A stretch of DNA of 64,000 bases, from the NCBI GenBank assembly GCA_963832745.1, contig CAWHVC010000005.1:128001-192000 (forward strand), given 5' to 3'. The stretch's first letter is position 1; each line of letters starts with the position of its first letter. The notes beneath the pieces were generated by a model. That model was not told the origin of the DNA. It did not search any database and saw only the letters and a list, made by a program, of their open reading frames with translations. A program made the position numbers and the translations under genes. The stretch comes from Candidatus Bathyarchaeota archaeon. GTDB taxonomy: Archaea > Thermoproteota > Bathyarchaeia > Bathyarchaeales > Bathycorpusculaceae. Positions 20,689 to 30,749 of this stretch are shown piece after piece.

Positions 20689-20866
20689 TCCAAGATCACT
20701 ATTCTTATAGAGATAGTTAGCGTTAACTTGACATTTTTAAACCTGTCTGTTCAATACAACATTTTTAATGATGAAATAAGAAAAAAAGAATTAATAAAGG
20801 TAAAATGGAATAAAATGTTGCAATTTTTTGGTTAATTATCCATTTTTTATATTAGCACCGATTTCA

Positions 20867-22555
20867 TCATACCTCTGCTTTCCGAAGGAAATCCTTTGCA
20901 CTATCAAGAGTAAACTTGTAAAAGAGAACCGTAATGACAACAGCGATTACTCCACTTATAGCAGTAGCGACAAACGGGTCTAAGCTTGGTAAACTAATGC
21001 CAGGCATAATTCCGCCTACTACTGATGTAAGTACAGTTGGCACAAGAGGTGCTATAATCGCGAGACCGACAAGGAAGCATACAACAAGGTTGATTAACGC
21101 CCAGTATTGGCGTACCATGCGGGGTCTTGGTATTTCTGTGAAGTCTGCGCCTCTAAAGCCTATGTTTACGGAGATGGAGGCTAAAGCTATGATTAGGAAG
21201 AATGCTTCTAAGAACGCTACGATAATCATTGTGATAGTTGGTTGATAGATTATGGTGCCAAGTGTTCCAGTGGCGGCCAATATGATTAAGCCAAAGAGCA
21301 CGGTAAAGAAGTATTTGCTTTTTACAAGGTTTTTAGGGCTGATTGGTGAAGCGTAAATTCTCCAGATGGCTTGTCCTTCCTCGCCGATGATGAGGTTGCC
21401 AAGAGTCATAACCATCAAGGAAGCAGGAAACAGGTAAATCATGCCCATATAAAAAACTGAAACCTCGGAGGGCATACTGCCGCCTGTTCCACCGAAAGAT
21501 TGCATTAGCGGTATCAGCACAATAACGATTGGTGCAATGAATATAGTGATAAGTTCTCTGCGTCTTGTGAATGCTTTTAGGTCTTTACCTATTAAGGCTG
21601 CTTCAACGGTTGAAAAGCCAAGTTTGCCCAAGAAACCGGTTTTTGGTGCATAAATGCCGCTTTTTTGAACTTTAATTGCTGGAGGCTCATAAAGGCCAAA
21701 CCGTTTATTTAGCAACACCGCTAAAGCGTAAAGGGCGCCTATGAGAATAATGGACATAGCTAAATATGCTGCACCCACAAGGATGCTGCCGCCTAAGATA
21801 AAGAAGTTTGATAGCATTATGCCGAGCCAAACAAATGGAATATAAAATACTGAGCTTTGAACTTCTGTTAAGGTTGAAATAAATTGGTAACCACCTGAAG
21901 TTACATAGAAGTACATTGCGTAGAAAATGATAAAGAATCCAAGAGAACCGATAAAACGTACCCAAACTGCTGCTCTACCGCTTGACTTGTAAACAGCACC
22001 TATGAAACGGACTTGAATTACACGTAAGATTTCTGTTATTACGCTTGCCAGAAATGCTGCAGCAAACATTGCAAGTGAAGTTACTATAGCCACTACAATT
22101 AAACCGGTGAAAACGCTAAATGCCACAATTGCTGAAGCAATTAGAAGTGTTGTACCTAAGGGGAACCCAAGCAAACTTGCAAGGACAGAAGCCAATGTAT
22201 GTTCTTGCCAGGTTACAGGCAACCAATAAGGTGTTTCTGTTTGTGTCCTAACACCGCTACGTTGAATCTGCTGAAGTAATGTTAAAACTAAGTTGTAGAC
22301 AAGCACTATAGTTGGAAGCGAAACAAAAAGTCCAATTGCGGCGCTTTGAACGTTTGTTACCCCGATGTCGCCAGAGTACATGCTAACAAAGTAGCCCACC
22401 AGAACACCTATCACAAGCCCAACGCCGATAGCTAACCAGTATGGCCAGTTAGCCAAGACACTGTTTTCCTTATATTTTGTAGGCTTTATGCCCCTTAACA
22501 GTCTGCCTGATTTGCGTTCAACACGCATCAGGTAGTAAACGTTTTTCCAGTTCAT
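20867..22555 (-). CDS. Putative ABC exporter permease (large multi-pass)
   Basis: 562 aa, many TM segments, overlaps the stop of the upstream ABC ATPase. Confidence 0.85.
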   Translation of the reverse strand: MNWKNVYYLMRVERKSGRLLRGIKPTKYKENSVLANWPYWLAIGVGLVIGVLVGYFVSMYSGDIGVTNVQSAAIGLFVSLPTIVLVYNLVLTLLQQIQRSGVRTQTETPYWLPVTWQEHTLASVLASLLGFPLGTTLLIASAIVAFSVFTGLIVVAIVTSLAMFAAAFLASVITEILRVIQVRFIGAVYKSSGRAAVWVRFIGSLGFFIIFYAMYFYVTSGGYQFISTLTEVQSSVFYIPFVWLGIMLSNFFILGGSILVGAAYLAMSIILIGALYALAVLLNKRFGLYEPPAIKVQKSGIYAPKTGFLGKLGFSTVEAALIGKDLKAFTRRRELITIFIAPIVIVLIPLMQSFGGTGGSMPSEVSVFYMGMIYLFPASLMVMTLGNLIIGEEGQAIWRIYASPISPKNLVKSKYFFTVLFGLIILAATGTLGTIIYQPTITMIIVAFLEAFFLIIALASISVNIGFRGADFTEIPRPRMVRQYWALINLVVCFLVGLAIIAPLVPTVLTSVVGGIMPGISLPSLDPFVATAISGVIAVVITVLFYKFTLDSAKDFLRKAEV

Positions 22556-23322
22556 TTAACGAGTGCCTCAACAACAGCTTTCAAGTCTTCAGTGCCGGTA
22601 AGCTTGAGGAACACATCTTCAAGACCTGAACCTGGCAGGCTTGCTTTTTGCTGCAATTCTTCCATGTTGCCAAGAGCTAATAGGTTGCCTTTGTACATGA
22701 TTGCTATTTGATCGCTTAATGCTTGGGCGATTTCAAGCACGTGAGTGGACATGATTGTGGTTACGCCTTGTGCTTTTAGGCCTGCAAGGATGTCTTTGAT
22801 GATTCTTGCTGCACGGGGGTCAAGAGCGTTAAGTGGTTCATCAAGAATCAGCAGTTTTGGTTTATGAATGAAAGCTGATATGAGAGCAATTTTCTTTTTC
22901 ATGCCGTCCGAGTAACTGTTAATCATGTCGCCTTCTCTGCCTTCAAGCTGCAAAGCTTTCAGGTACTCGGTTATTCGCTGTTGTTTCTCATCAGCGGGCA
23001 TGCCATATATGTCACCGATAAAATCTAAGTACTCTATGCCGGTTAGGAACTCGTAAATGTTTGGTGACTCCGGAACGTACCCGACAAGGCGTTTTACTTC
23101 TACAGGATTTTGTTGAACGTCAATGCCCATAACGTTTACTGTACCCTCTGTTTGTTGAACTAAACCCATCAACATTTTCAATGTTGTGGATTTTCCTGAA
23201 CCGTTAGGACCAAGCAAACCAAAGATTTCGCCTTGCTTGATGTTCAGGTTTAAATTGTTTACTGCAACTATTTCGTTGTAGCGTTTAGTGACGTTTTTAA
23301 GTTCAACTGCTAACTGACTCAT
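22552..23322 (-). CDS. ABC transporter ATP-binding protein
   Basis: Walker A GPNGSGKST, signature YSDGM, Walker B LILDEP. Confidence 0.95.
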   Translation of the reverse strand: MSQLAVELKNVTKRYNEIVAVNNLNLNIKQGEIFGLLGPNGSGKSTTLKMLMGLVQQTEGTVNVMGIDVQQNPVEVKRLVGYVPESPNIYEFLTGIEYLDFIGDIYGMPADEKQQRITEYLKALQLEGREGDMINSYSDGMKKKIALISAFIHKPKLLILDEPLNALDPRAARIIKDILAGLKAQGVTTIMSTHVLEIAQALSDQIAIMYKGNLLALGNMEELQQKASLPGSGLEDVFLKLTGTEDLKAVVEALVK

Positions 23323-23448
23323 TTTTAACGCTCTCTCTTAATTTCCAAAATAGAAAAGGCTACATATTTAAATATAGTGCAATTTACCTGCCTTTTACAG
23401 GCAATATTTGAAATTTAAAAATGAAAAAAGAAAATATTTTCAAAAAAA

Positions 23449-23886
23449 TTACACAAAGATTAGTTCAAAATTTATCGGGACACCTTCACCCCAAGATTGC
23501 CGTATCGGACAAATCTTCTGTGCCATTTCGTAAACTGTATTTGCTTTTTTTCGGTCCCACTCATTATCATTTTGAAGACCAACCGTCATAACGAAGTGTA
23601 CGTTGGTGAAAATCAGTTTATCCAAGCCTTCAACGCTCATCGTCAAGTTTGCTTTAGTATCTAATTTTTTGAGTTCAAGTTTACTGTTTTTAGCAATTAA
23701 TAGAAAAAGAGTATTCATACATGAAGCCAAAGCTGCAGCGAAAATATCTTCAGGTGAACAATAACCTTCTGTACCGCCGAAAGACGGGGGTGGACTAACT
23801 GAAGCGATTAGTTTGTCTTTAACTGTTAATTCACATTCCATTCCGCCTTTCCATGAAGCGGTACCTTCAAAATTCAGCTCTTGCAT
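23449..23886 (-). CDS. OsmC-family protein
   Basis: PPSFGG...SPEDIFAAALASC and a second Cys in ICPI. Confidence 0.85.
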   Translation of the reverse strand: MQELNFEGTASWKGGMECELTVKDKLIASVSPPPSFGGTEGYCSPEDIFAAALASCMNTLFLLIAKNSKLELKKLDTKANLTMSVEGLDKLIFTNVHFVMTVGLQNDNEWDRKKANTVYEMAQKICPIRQSWGEGVPINFELIFV

Positions 23887-24044
23887 AAAATTACACCAAA
23901 CTATTAAAGATAAAAGTCAGATTTAACGTTTATGAATATTAAAAATGGCTCTAAAGTTTTGACAAGCGTCTGCTTTTGATGATTCTCTGCAAATACCCTT
24001 AAATCAGCCAACTATTTTCTTGCATAAAAGTGATATGAACTCAA

Positions 24045-25034
24045 ATGACTCACGTTATCGAAACACATCAACTAACAAAAACGTACAATTCTTTTAAAGC
24101 AGTAGACAACCTAAACATCAGCGTTGACAGCGGCGAAATTTTTGGGCTCCTAGGGCCAAACGGTGCTGGAAAAACCACCACAGTTTCGATGCTATGCACC
24201 ATTCTTAAGCCCTCTTCAGGAACCTCAACAGTAGATGGACATGACATCGTAAAAGAGCCAGGAAAAGTCCGCAAATCAATCGGGATAGTTTTTCAGGATC
24301 CAAGTGTTGATGACCGTTTAACGGGCAGGGAAAACTTGTTCATGCATGCAAACTTGTATGGGGTTCCTGTGTCAGTTCAACGTGAACGGATTGATCGTAT
24401 TCTTAAGCTGGTTGAGTTGGAAGACCGTGCTGACGATTTACTGCGCACTTATAGTGGTGGCATGCGTCGCAGACTTGAAATTGGCAGAGGCTTAATTCAT
24501 CAGCCTAAGGTGCTGTTTCTTGATGAACCCACTGTTGGTTTAGACCCGCAGACAAGAGACCATATTTGGCGTTACATTAAAGAACTAAAAGAAGCAAACG
24601 ACATAACCGTGGTTTTAACAACACATTACATGGATGAAGCGGATCGTCTTTCGGACCGTATTGCAATTATGGATCATGGCAAAATCGTTGTACTTGATAC
24701 GCCGCAGAAGCTTAAAGAGACTCTTGAAGGGGACGTTATAGCTATTAAATCAAACCTTAATGAAGCTCTGGGGGAACTTTTGGGTAAATGGTTGGGCTTT
24801 ACCAACAATCACATCGAGAAAGACACGCTTGAAGTTACGGTTCCAAACGGCAAAACTGTTATGCCGCGAATTGTTGAGCTTGCAAGTCAAAACAGTATTT
24901 ACATTGAATCAGTAGTTCTGCGTGAACCTAATCTTGAAGACGTTTTTCTGCATTACACTGGTAGCAGTATACGGGAGGATACTACAAAGGAGTTGCATGG
25001 TATGGCGGCTATTCACAGGAGGGCAATTCGTTGA
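24045..25034 (+). CDS. ABC transporter ATP-binding protein (DrrA-like)
   Basis: GPNGAGKTT, YSGGMRRRLE, LFLDEPTVGLDP. Confidence 0.95.
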   Translation: MTHVIETHQLTKTYNSFKAVDNLNISVDSGEIFGLLGPNGAGKTTTVSMLCTILKPSSGTSTVDGHDIVKEPGKVRKSIGIVFQDPSVDDRLTGRENLFMHANLYGVPVSVQRERIDRILKLVELEDRADDLLRTYSGGMRRRLEIGRGLIHQPKVLFLDEPTVGLDPQTRDHIWRYIKELKEANDITVVLTTHYMDEADRLSDRIAIMDHGKIVVLDTPQKLKETLEGDVIAIKSNLNEALGELLGKWLGFTNNHIEKDTLEVTVPNGKTVMPRIVELASQNSIYIESVVLREPNLEDVFLHYTGSSIREDTTKELHGMAAIHRRAIR

Positions 25035-25795
25035 CTGAGTTAAGAGGTATCTATACACTTTGGCTACGGGAGATTAAACGTTTCATACGTGACAGGGCAA
25101 GAGTTGTCATCAGTTTTGTACAGCCGTTATTGTGGCTGGTTGTTTTTGCAGCTGGTTTTGGCGCAAAAATTGCTATTCCTGGAATAAACTATCAACAGTT
25201 TCTTTTTCCAGGTATTATAGGTCAGACACTGCTGTTTACTTCCATGTTTATGGGTATTAGCGTGATTTGGGATAAAGAATTTGGTTTTATGAAAGAAATT
25301 CTTGTAGCGCCAATTTCGCGATTCAGTATTTTTATCGGTAAAATGCTTGGTGACAGTACAGCAACGATACTTCAAGGTGTAATCGTGTTTGCGTTTGGTT
25401 TCATACTGGGTATACCTTTTGATCCTGTGACGCTGCTTGCTGCGTTGCCGATTATGTTGTTGATAACGTTTGGGTTAGTTAGCGTTGGTTTAATCATTGC
25501 CAGTTTTATAGGTAGTTTGGAGAATTTTGGGGCAATTCAAACTTTCATCAATTTGCCGTTGTTCTTTTTAAGTGGTGCTCTTTTTCCTACAACTGGTCCG
25601 GGTGTTCCTGAATGGATGCAGGTCGCTTCTGCTTTTGATCCGTTAACTTATGGGATTGATGCGTTGCGAACGGTTATTTTAGGGTCAGCTTGGGTTCCGA
25701 TTCATCCGCTTGCTGTTAACTTGTTAATTGTCGGCGTTTTTGACGTGGTTATGATTGGGGTTGGAACTTGGGCGTTTAGTCGAATGAAGAAATAA
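25031..25795 (+). CDS. ABC-2 type permease
   Basis: FLFPGIIG, DKEFGFMKEILVAP, FFLSGALFP, DPLTYGIDALR. Confidence 0.93.
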   Translation: MTELRGIYTLWLREIKRFIRDRARVVISFVQPLLWLVVFAAGFGAKIAIPGINYQQFLFPGIIGQTLLFTSMFMGISVIWDKEFGFMKEILVAPISRFSIFIGKMLGDSTATILQGVIVFAFGFILGIPFDPVTLLAALPIMLLITFGLVSVGLIIASFIGSLENFGAIQTFINLPLFFLSGALFPTTGPGVPEWMQVASAFDPLTYGIDALRTVILGSAWVPIHPLAVNLLIVGVFDVVMIGVGTWAFSRMKK

Positions 25796-25894
25796 CCGTT
25801 TTTTGGGTTTTAACTTTTTTTTCTTTTGTTTTTAAAGGTTTATTGCGGTTTTAAGGTGGTAATAAAGCCTTTAAGCAGCTTGTGACTAATTATT

Positions 25895-26212
25895 TTGTTG
25901 GTGGAAAACATGCGAAGATTCACAAGAAATGTGTTGTTGTCTTTGTGTGGGTTGATTGGTGTAATTGTTGCTGTATTTAATCCGGCAATATTGTTTTTGG
26001 CAATGGTGAGTATAGTGTCTCTGGTTTTGGTGTTTAGGCAGTTGAACATTTTTAGAATTGTAATGCAAATAAAACGTTTCGTTCAAACTGTTTCTAAACT
26101 GCGTGCGAAATTTAGGGGTAGCTTGCGTATGGGTTTTCGTGACTATAGCGGTTTAACAGTTGAAGATGAAGAGAGCAACTTGAAAAATAGTCATTGTGGA
26201 TTTATGCGTTGA
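25895..26212 (+). CDS. Small hypothetical membrane protein
   Basis: 105 aa with two hydrophobic segments; no recognised family. Confidence 0.5.
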   Translation: MLVENMRRFTRNVLLSLCGLIGVIVAVFNPAILFLAMVSIVSLVLVFRQLNIFRIVMQIKRFVQTVSKLRAKFRGSLRMGFRDYSGLTVEDEESNLKNSHCGFMR

Positions 26213-26257
26213 CTAAACTGGGTTGCGTGAGTAGAAGAATTGGTGAAAGAGTAGGGG

Positions 26258-26545
26258 TTACTGTTTGTTGGTCATTTCGTTGATTTGTTGTTCCATTGCG
26301 TGACCGCGGCAGAATACTAATGCAGTGTTTATGCCTTCGACAGATTTTGCGGCTGCTTTTATGTCGGCTGCAAGTTTGAATGCGATGGGGCAGAAGGGGC
26401 TTGTAGGTACGAATTCGACGGTTACGTTGCCGGGTTCGGTTTCTTTTACGCTTTCGATCATGTGCATTTCTTCAAATGTTTGTCCTGTTTCTGGGTCAAT
26501 TACTTTTCCTACTTCTGCGCGGACTTTATCTTCAAGTTGAGTCAT
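26258..26545 (-). CDS. Fe-S cluster assembly protein (DUF59/SufT-like)
   Basis: VIDPE and PTSPFCP motifs; start moved to MTQLEDK. Confidence 0.88.
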   Translation of the reverse strand: MTQLEDKVRAEVGKVIDPETGQTFEEMHMIESVKETEPGNVTVEFVPTSPFCPIAFKLAADIKAAAKSVEGINTALVFCRGHAMEQQINEMTNKQ

Positions 26546-26638
26546 AACTGTGAAAACCTCAATAGCGTATTTGGCGGGCATAAAATATAAACTAGTGGGA
26601 TTGTTTAGTAACGCATGTATGTGTTGCGGTGAGACGCT

Positions 26639-27073
26639 TTGAAGTTTGATGAAAACTGTATTTTTTGTAAGATTGTTCAAAAAAGGGCTTCTTCAAGCAT
26701 TCTCTATGAAGATGAGGTAGTGTTGGCTTTTCTTGATATAAGACCGGTTAATGAAGGTCACACTTTAGTTATACCTAAAGAACATTACGCTGACATCTAT
26801 GACGTTCCAAGTGAACTGTTAGGTAAGGTGCATCAAGTAAGCAAAATTCTTGCTTTGGCTGTGAAAAAAGCGGTTAACGCTGACGGAATCAGCATCATTC
26901 AACAGAACGGAAAAGCTGCCGGTCAAGACATTTTTCATTTGCATGTGCATATTATTCCAAGGTACACGGAGCAAAAGATGAAAGCGTTCCATGAACTGCA
27001 GATTGTTGATGCTAAACAGCTTGAAGTGACAGCGGCAAAAATAAAGCCGTACCTCCAAGTTTCAACATACTAA
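26639..27073 (+). CDS. HIT family nucleotide hydrolase
   Basis: CIFCKI, GHTLVIPKEH, histidine triad HLHVH. Confidence 0.95.
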   Translation: MKFDENCIFCKIVQKRASSSILYEDEVVLAFLDIRPVNEGHTLVIPKEHYADIYDVPSELLGKVHQVSKILALAVKKAVNADGISIIQQNGKAAGQDIFHLHVHIIPRYTEQKMKAFHELQIVDAKQLEVTAAKIKPYLQVSTY

Positions 27074-27118
27074 TGGCGCATTTTTCAGTCAATAGCACCT
27101 CCCCCCTTAGTGTTTCTG

Positions 27119-27357
27119 GAAAAGGGCTGGTTTCTACCTACCCCCTATAGGTTTTTGCATAGATCCGTTATTTGGATCCTAATAGGTTGATATGAAAAAT
27201 AAAGCAAGCAAAGACCGCAAAAGAAAGCATTGAACAGCACAATGCAGACTGGGCAACTAGCATGGCCCATAACAGGATATTCTTCCCGCCCTAAGCAAGC
27301 AACAACCAAAACAACCCAAATAAACAATTTTATCGCTAAAAAGACCGAATAAAACAA
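27119..27357 (+). repeat. Dispersed non-coding repeat, copy A (long)
   Basis: 27136-27186 matches the reverse complement of 62511-62561 at 46/51 nt; further collinear blocks (AGCAAAGACYGCA, TAGCATRGC, ATAAAMAATTTT..CTAAAAA). Confidence 0.85.
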
Positions 27358-27381
27358 CTATTTGTTAAAAACCATTATTTT

Positions 27382-27657
27382 TTAAGGCTTTTCTGGGATT
27401 TTGGCTTGCAGAATTTTTTCAATGCCCGAAATTTTTTCGGCTACTTTTTGTCCCTGTTCTGTCAGTTTTATGAATCGCGTTGTCGGTGGCACTCGTTCTT
27501 CGCTTACCAATTCGAGCCGCAAAAGGTTGTTTAGCGCATGATAAAGAGTCCCTTTGCTTACCTTGATGGTTATGTCTGTCATTTTTACCCTCTTGTCTGG
27601 GTAAAGAAACAGCAGTAATTGCAAATTTCCCACTGCTTCCAATTCTGCTACGTTCAT
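27382..27657 (-). CDS. Small winged-HTH transcriptional regulator
   Basis: SKGTLYHALNNLLRLELV...IKLTEQGQKVA winged-helix pattern. Confidence 0.8.
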   Translation of the reverse strand: MNVAELEAVGNLQLLLFLYPDKRVKMTDITIKVSKGTLYHALNNLLRLELVSEERVPPTTRFIKLTEQGQKVAEKISGIEKILQAKIPEKP

Positions 27658-27775
27658 GGTTTGACCTTACACTTTCTAGTATCTGAAATATAGATATCTG
27701 AATTGTGGATAAAGCTTAAATCATTTTATAATTCAATATTCATAATACGAAATACGCATTACGAAATACAGGTGA

Positions 27776-28241
27776 ATGTGTTTGAAAAAAGAACAAACAA
27801 ACCCCAACCTAACCCAAAAACTACCCCCACAACTCCAAAAAGAATACCAAAAAAGCCGCAAAAACTCGCCCATTATCGAGAGCCTGAAAATTGCAGCGGC
27901 GCTAAAGCTTTGGAATGACCGAGGCTTCACCGACATAAAGTTTGACGTACCCATAGCGTATGACGGAAAAACCATGTTCATAAAAGTCCTTGCCAAACAT
28001 CAAGAGGGCACAGTGTATGGGGTTGAATGCGCCTTCAAACGTCAAACTGGGTTGGCTTAAAGAACGTCTTCCAGCACTGCAAATGTGTCTACCCAAAGAC
28101 AGCTACATCATTGCCTTATTCCCAGAGACAGCCAGCGAAAAAGCCGACAAAGCAGTTAAGTTTGCAGATGAAGTATGGGTTACTGGCAAAAACGGAAAAA
28201 TCAACCAAATGGTATTCCATTCATGCTTTGGAAAACAATAA
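27776..28241 (+). CDS. Hypothetical protein with possible degenerate PD-(D/E)XK nuclease-like fold; frameshift near 28034
   Basis: ORFs 27776-28060 and 27990-28241 join as ...GTVYGVECA/SNVKLGWL...ADEVWV. Fold assignment is inference. Confidence 0.55.
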
Positions 28242-28436
28242 AGTACCCTCTTTCACGTTTTGACACTTAACTCTAATTGATTCTAAAAATTAGAGGGTTA
28301 ACTGTTTTATCTACTTCCCCCATGGGGGATACGATTTTTAGCTTGGCGCGTGAACCTTCGAGTTAATCTGCCATAAAACGACAGAAATAGAGACCGTCTC
28401 AACAGGGTAAATCCCAGCATATGATGTTAAAAAAAA

Positions 28437-29351
28437 TTAATCTGCGATTTTCTTAGTTGCTTCTTTAGTCATTTCGACGATTGTTGGCAATTGAGTTTTG
28501 CTTTCAATTTTTTTTAGCCAAATATCATAATGCCGCAAAAATGTCATATACCGTCTGTTATTGACCCAGAAGGCTAAACACATGACAACACCAACCAAAA
28601 CACCTTCCATTATCGCTGTGAACCAATCGAGGGAATGACTAAAATAAAGTGTTAAAATCAATACAACTAAAGCAGTTAAGCCGCCTGTTAATATGGTGCT
28701 GCCTATTTTAAAATAATTTTGAAATGATTCTTTTACAGTTTCAATTTTCTTGAATTCGAATTCTGTGTTAAATGTTGGCTGTATGTTGGTTGGTGTTTGT
28801 GGAGTTGTTTGAACCATTGGAGGCTGAGGTGGCGACGGGGTTACAGAATCACTACTTTTTTCAGGTTTGGGGTTCTCTGTTACATAAGCATAGAATAAGA
28901 AAATAAACAGTAACTGGAAAATAGCTATGATAAAGGCATCTAACGCATATCCCCACGAAATAGCGAGAAAAATTCTGCCGCCTACGGCTAAGTTATAATA
29001 AGCAAAGAATAGAAGAATCATTGGAAATAAAAAAGGAAGAAAGAAGAAGCCCATCATTATTTCTTTTGCTTTTCTTCCTTGAATAAAATCTTTTAACATG
29101 ATTCCCAGAATAGCGCCACTAAAACCGACAACTATGCCAGTCAATGTTGCTATCCCATTAATTACCGTTGGCACCGTCTGAGCCTGAATTGCTATTTGGG
29201 CAGTTGCATTTGCCGCCGCATTATTTGAATCTCCACCGTTAGTGTAATCAATTCTAAATGGGGTAAAGAAAAAAGTCCATGTTAAAAGTAACAAGAGAGC
29301 GATTATCCCAAAAATCAGCACTATTGATAGGATAATATTTGCTGTTTTCAA
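28437..29351 (-). CDS. Hypothetical membrane protein with Pro/Thr-rich linker
   Basis: 304 aa; N-terminal TM block, PSPPQPP linker, C-terminal 2-TM block. Confidence 0.7.
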   Translation of the reverse strand: MKTANIILSIVLIFGIIALLLLLTWTFFFTPFRIDYTNGGDSNNAAANATAQIAIQAQTVPTVINGIATLTGIVVGFSGAILGIMLKDFIQGRKAKEIMMGFFFLPFLFPMILLFFAYYNLAVGGRIFLAISWGYALDAFIIAIFQLLFIFLFYAYVTENPKPEKSSDSVTPSPPQPPMVQTTPQTPTNIQPTFNTEFEFKKIETVKESFQNYFKIGSTILTGGLTALVVLILTLYFSHSLDWFTAIMEGVLVGVVMCLAFWVNNRRYMTFLRHYDIWLKKIESKTQLPTIVEMTKEATKKIAD

Positions 29352-29439
29352 GATTACCCCTTGCTCTTATTCCACGTTATACAAATTTAAGGCTTGTGTG
29401 CAAATAGTCCTTGCGCTAACTCCCATTACAGGGAATAGT

Positions 29440-30252
29440 TCAAGTTTTTTCACCGCTTTCTTTTGCTTCAAGATAGTACACTACTGGTTTAGCATCTAAC
29501 TCCAGCCTATTTTCAGCATCAACAATCATGCTGTTTACATTTTCAAGATATGACTTAATTTCCTCTGGCATTATTGGGACGTCAGCAAAATATCTGGCAC
29601 GCGCTCTAAAACTTGAGAGTTTGTTCAGTGTTTCACGGAAAATTGGGTCAACATTTCCGAGATTAGCAAAACTGTTGTACCGATAAGAAATGTCGCCGTG
29701 TGAAGTTCTTTTTCGAAATTTAGGGTCATGCTCAAGTAACAGGACAGCTCTTGATGAAAGTTCTGCCGCGCTAAAGAGACAATCGAGACAAGATGCAAAA
29801 TATTCTTTATTGAAAGCGAATTGTGCTAATTCATGGAATTGTTTTGCACTATTAACATGTTTTTTTGCAAGAGCCTTATTGTAGCGCAAATCAAAGGAAA
29901 TAAGCCACTTGCTAGAAATTTGGATTAGAGTTATGTGACCACAGTCGGGATCATCTTCATTGGTCAGCCTTAACTCTTTTATGCCTTCGACTTCATTTTC
30001 GTAAATTGGTTCACCTTTCTTTTTTGATATTCCGCTTTTTAATTTCATATCGACAATTGCTTTTACTTCTGAATTAAGCCTTACCTCGTTTTTTCTTTTA
30101 CCGTCAGAATAAAAAATTATTTGTGCCCGCTTTAAAACAAATGGTTCAGAAAGAGTGTTTGCTTCTTTTCGCCTTTTTATTTCTGGCTGAACAAATAATT
30201 CTAAAGTGTGATTTAGAAGATTTTCACCAAACTGTTCAGGTAATTGTTGCAT
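29440..30252 (-). CDS. HEPN-domain protein with uncharacterised N-terminal domain
   Basis: C-terminal half fits HEPN: A.FAFNKEYF..CL..LFSAAEL..RAVL, TSHG, FRARARY. Confidence 0.75.
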   Translation of the reverse strand: MQQLPEQFGENLLNHTLELFVQPEIKRRKEANTLSEPFVLKRAQIIFYSDGKRKNEVRLNSEVKAIVDMKLKSGISKKKGEPIYENEVEGIKELRLTNEDDPDCGHITLIQISSKWLISFDLRYNKALAKKHVNSAKQFHELAQFAFNKEYFASCLDCLFSAAELSSRAVLLLEHDPKFRKRTSHGDISYRYNSFANLGNVDPIFRETLNKLSSFRARARYFADVPIMPEEIKSYLENVNSMIVDAENRLELDAKPVVYYLEAKESGEKT

Positions 30253-30511
30253 AGAGGTACTTAGCCTTTGTGAATTTATAAAATTTTATTGATGCTACAA
30301 GGAGGAAAAAGTTAACTTACTCAACCCTCTTTTGCCGTTGTGAACTCTTTAATTGATTAGGGAAAAGTGTGTTTGTCTCTGTACTTGACTATCTAGCGCT
30401 AAACTAACAAACATTGGTATTTGGTTGTGATAAGTGATATCCTAAGTTTTTGTTGCCTTAGTCCTTTCAACAGGTTTTCTCTAACATACCTTGTTGGTAT
30501 TTACTCAGAGC

Positions 30512-30568
30512 AGGTTTCTGCTTAGAATTTCTAAGAATACCCTTATAGGCGCTAAATATGTTGGCTAA
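30512..30568 (+). repeat. Dispersed non-coding repeat, copy B (core, degenerate)
   Basis: AGGTTTCTGC..TA...ATAGG with the same 38-nt spacing as other copies; 30541-30568 matches the tail of copy D at 23/28. Confidence 0.65.
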
Positions 30569-30606
30569 AAGTTAGTGGAATAAAAGATAAAGTTGGGAAA
30601 AGTGGT

Positions 30607-30660
30607 TTATGGGTAGAATCGTCTTGTGGTTCTTGGGAAGGGTATTGCGTCGATGATGTT
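30607..30660 (-). pseudogene. asnS: Orphan duplicate of the asnS 3' end (NIIDAIPFPRTTRRFYP*)
   Basis: Same translation as 31581-31634; 13 of 54 nt differ and all differences are synonymous. Confidence 0.95.
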
Positions 30661-30749
30661 GTATGGGAAGCCTGCTTTTTCTTGCCATTCGAGTTAAAAT
30701 TTGGGTTTCAAGTAATTTATATATAGTCAAGTTGGGGCTAAGTTTTGTT

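Noticed and set aside
27119-27186. Repeat family as CRISPR repeats or origin recognition boxes
   Set aside because: No regular repeat-spacer array, no cas or cdc6/orc1 gene nearby, and no ORB consensus match.
27145-27357. 70-aa minus-strand ORF overlapping repeat copy A
   Set aside because: The frame is not conserved in copy D, so it is likely spurious.
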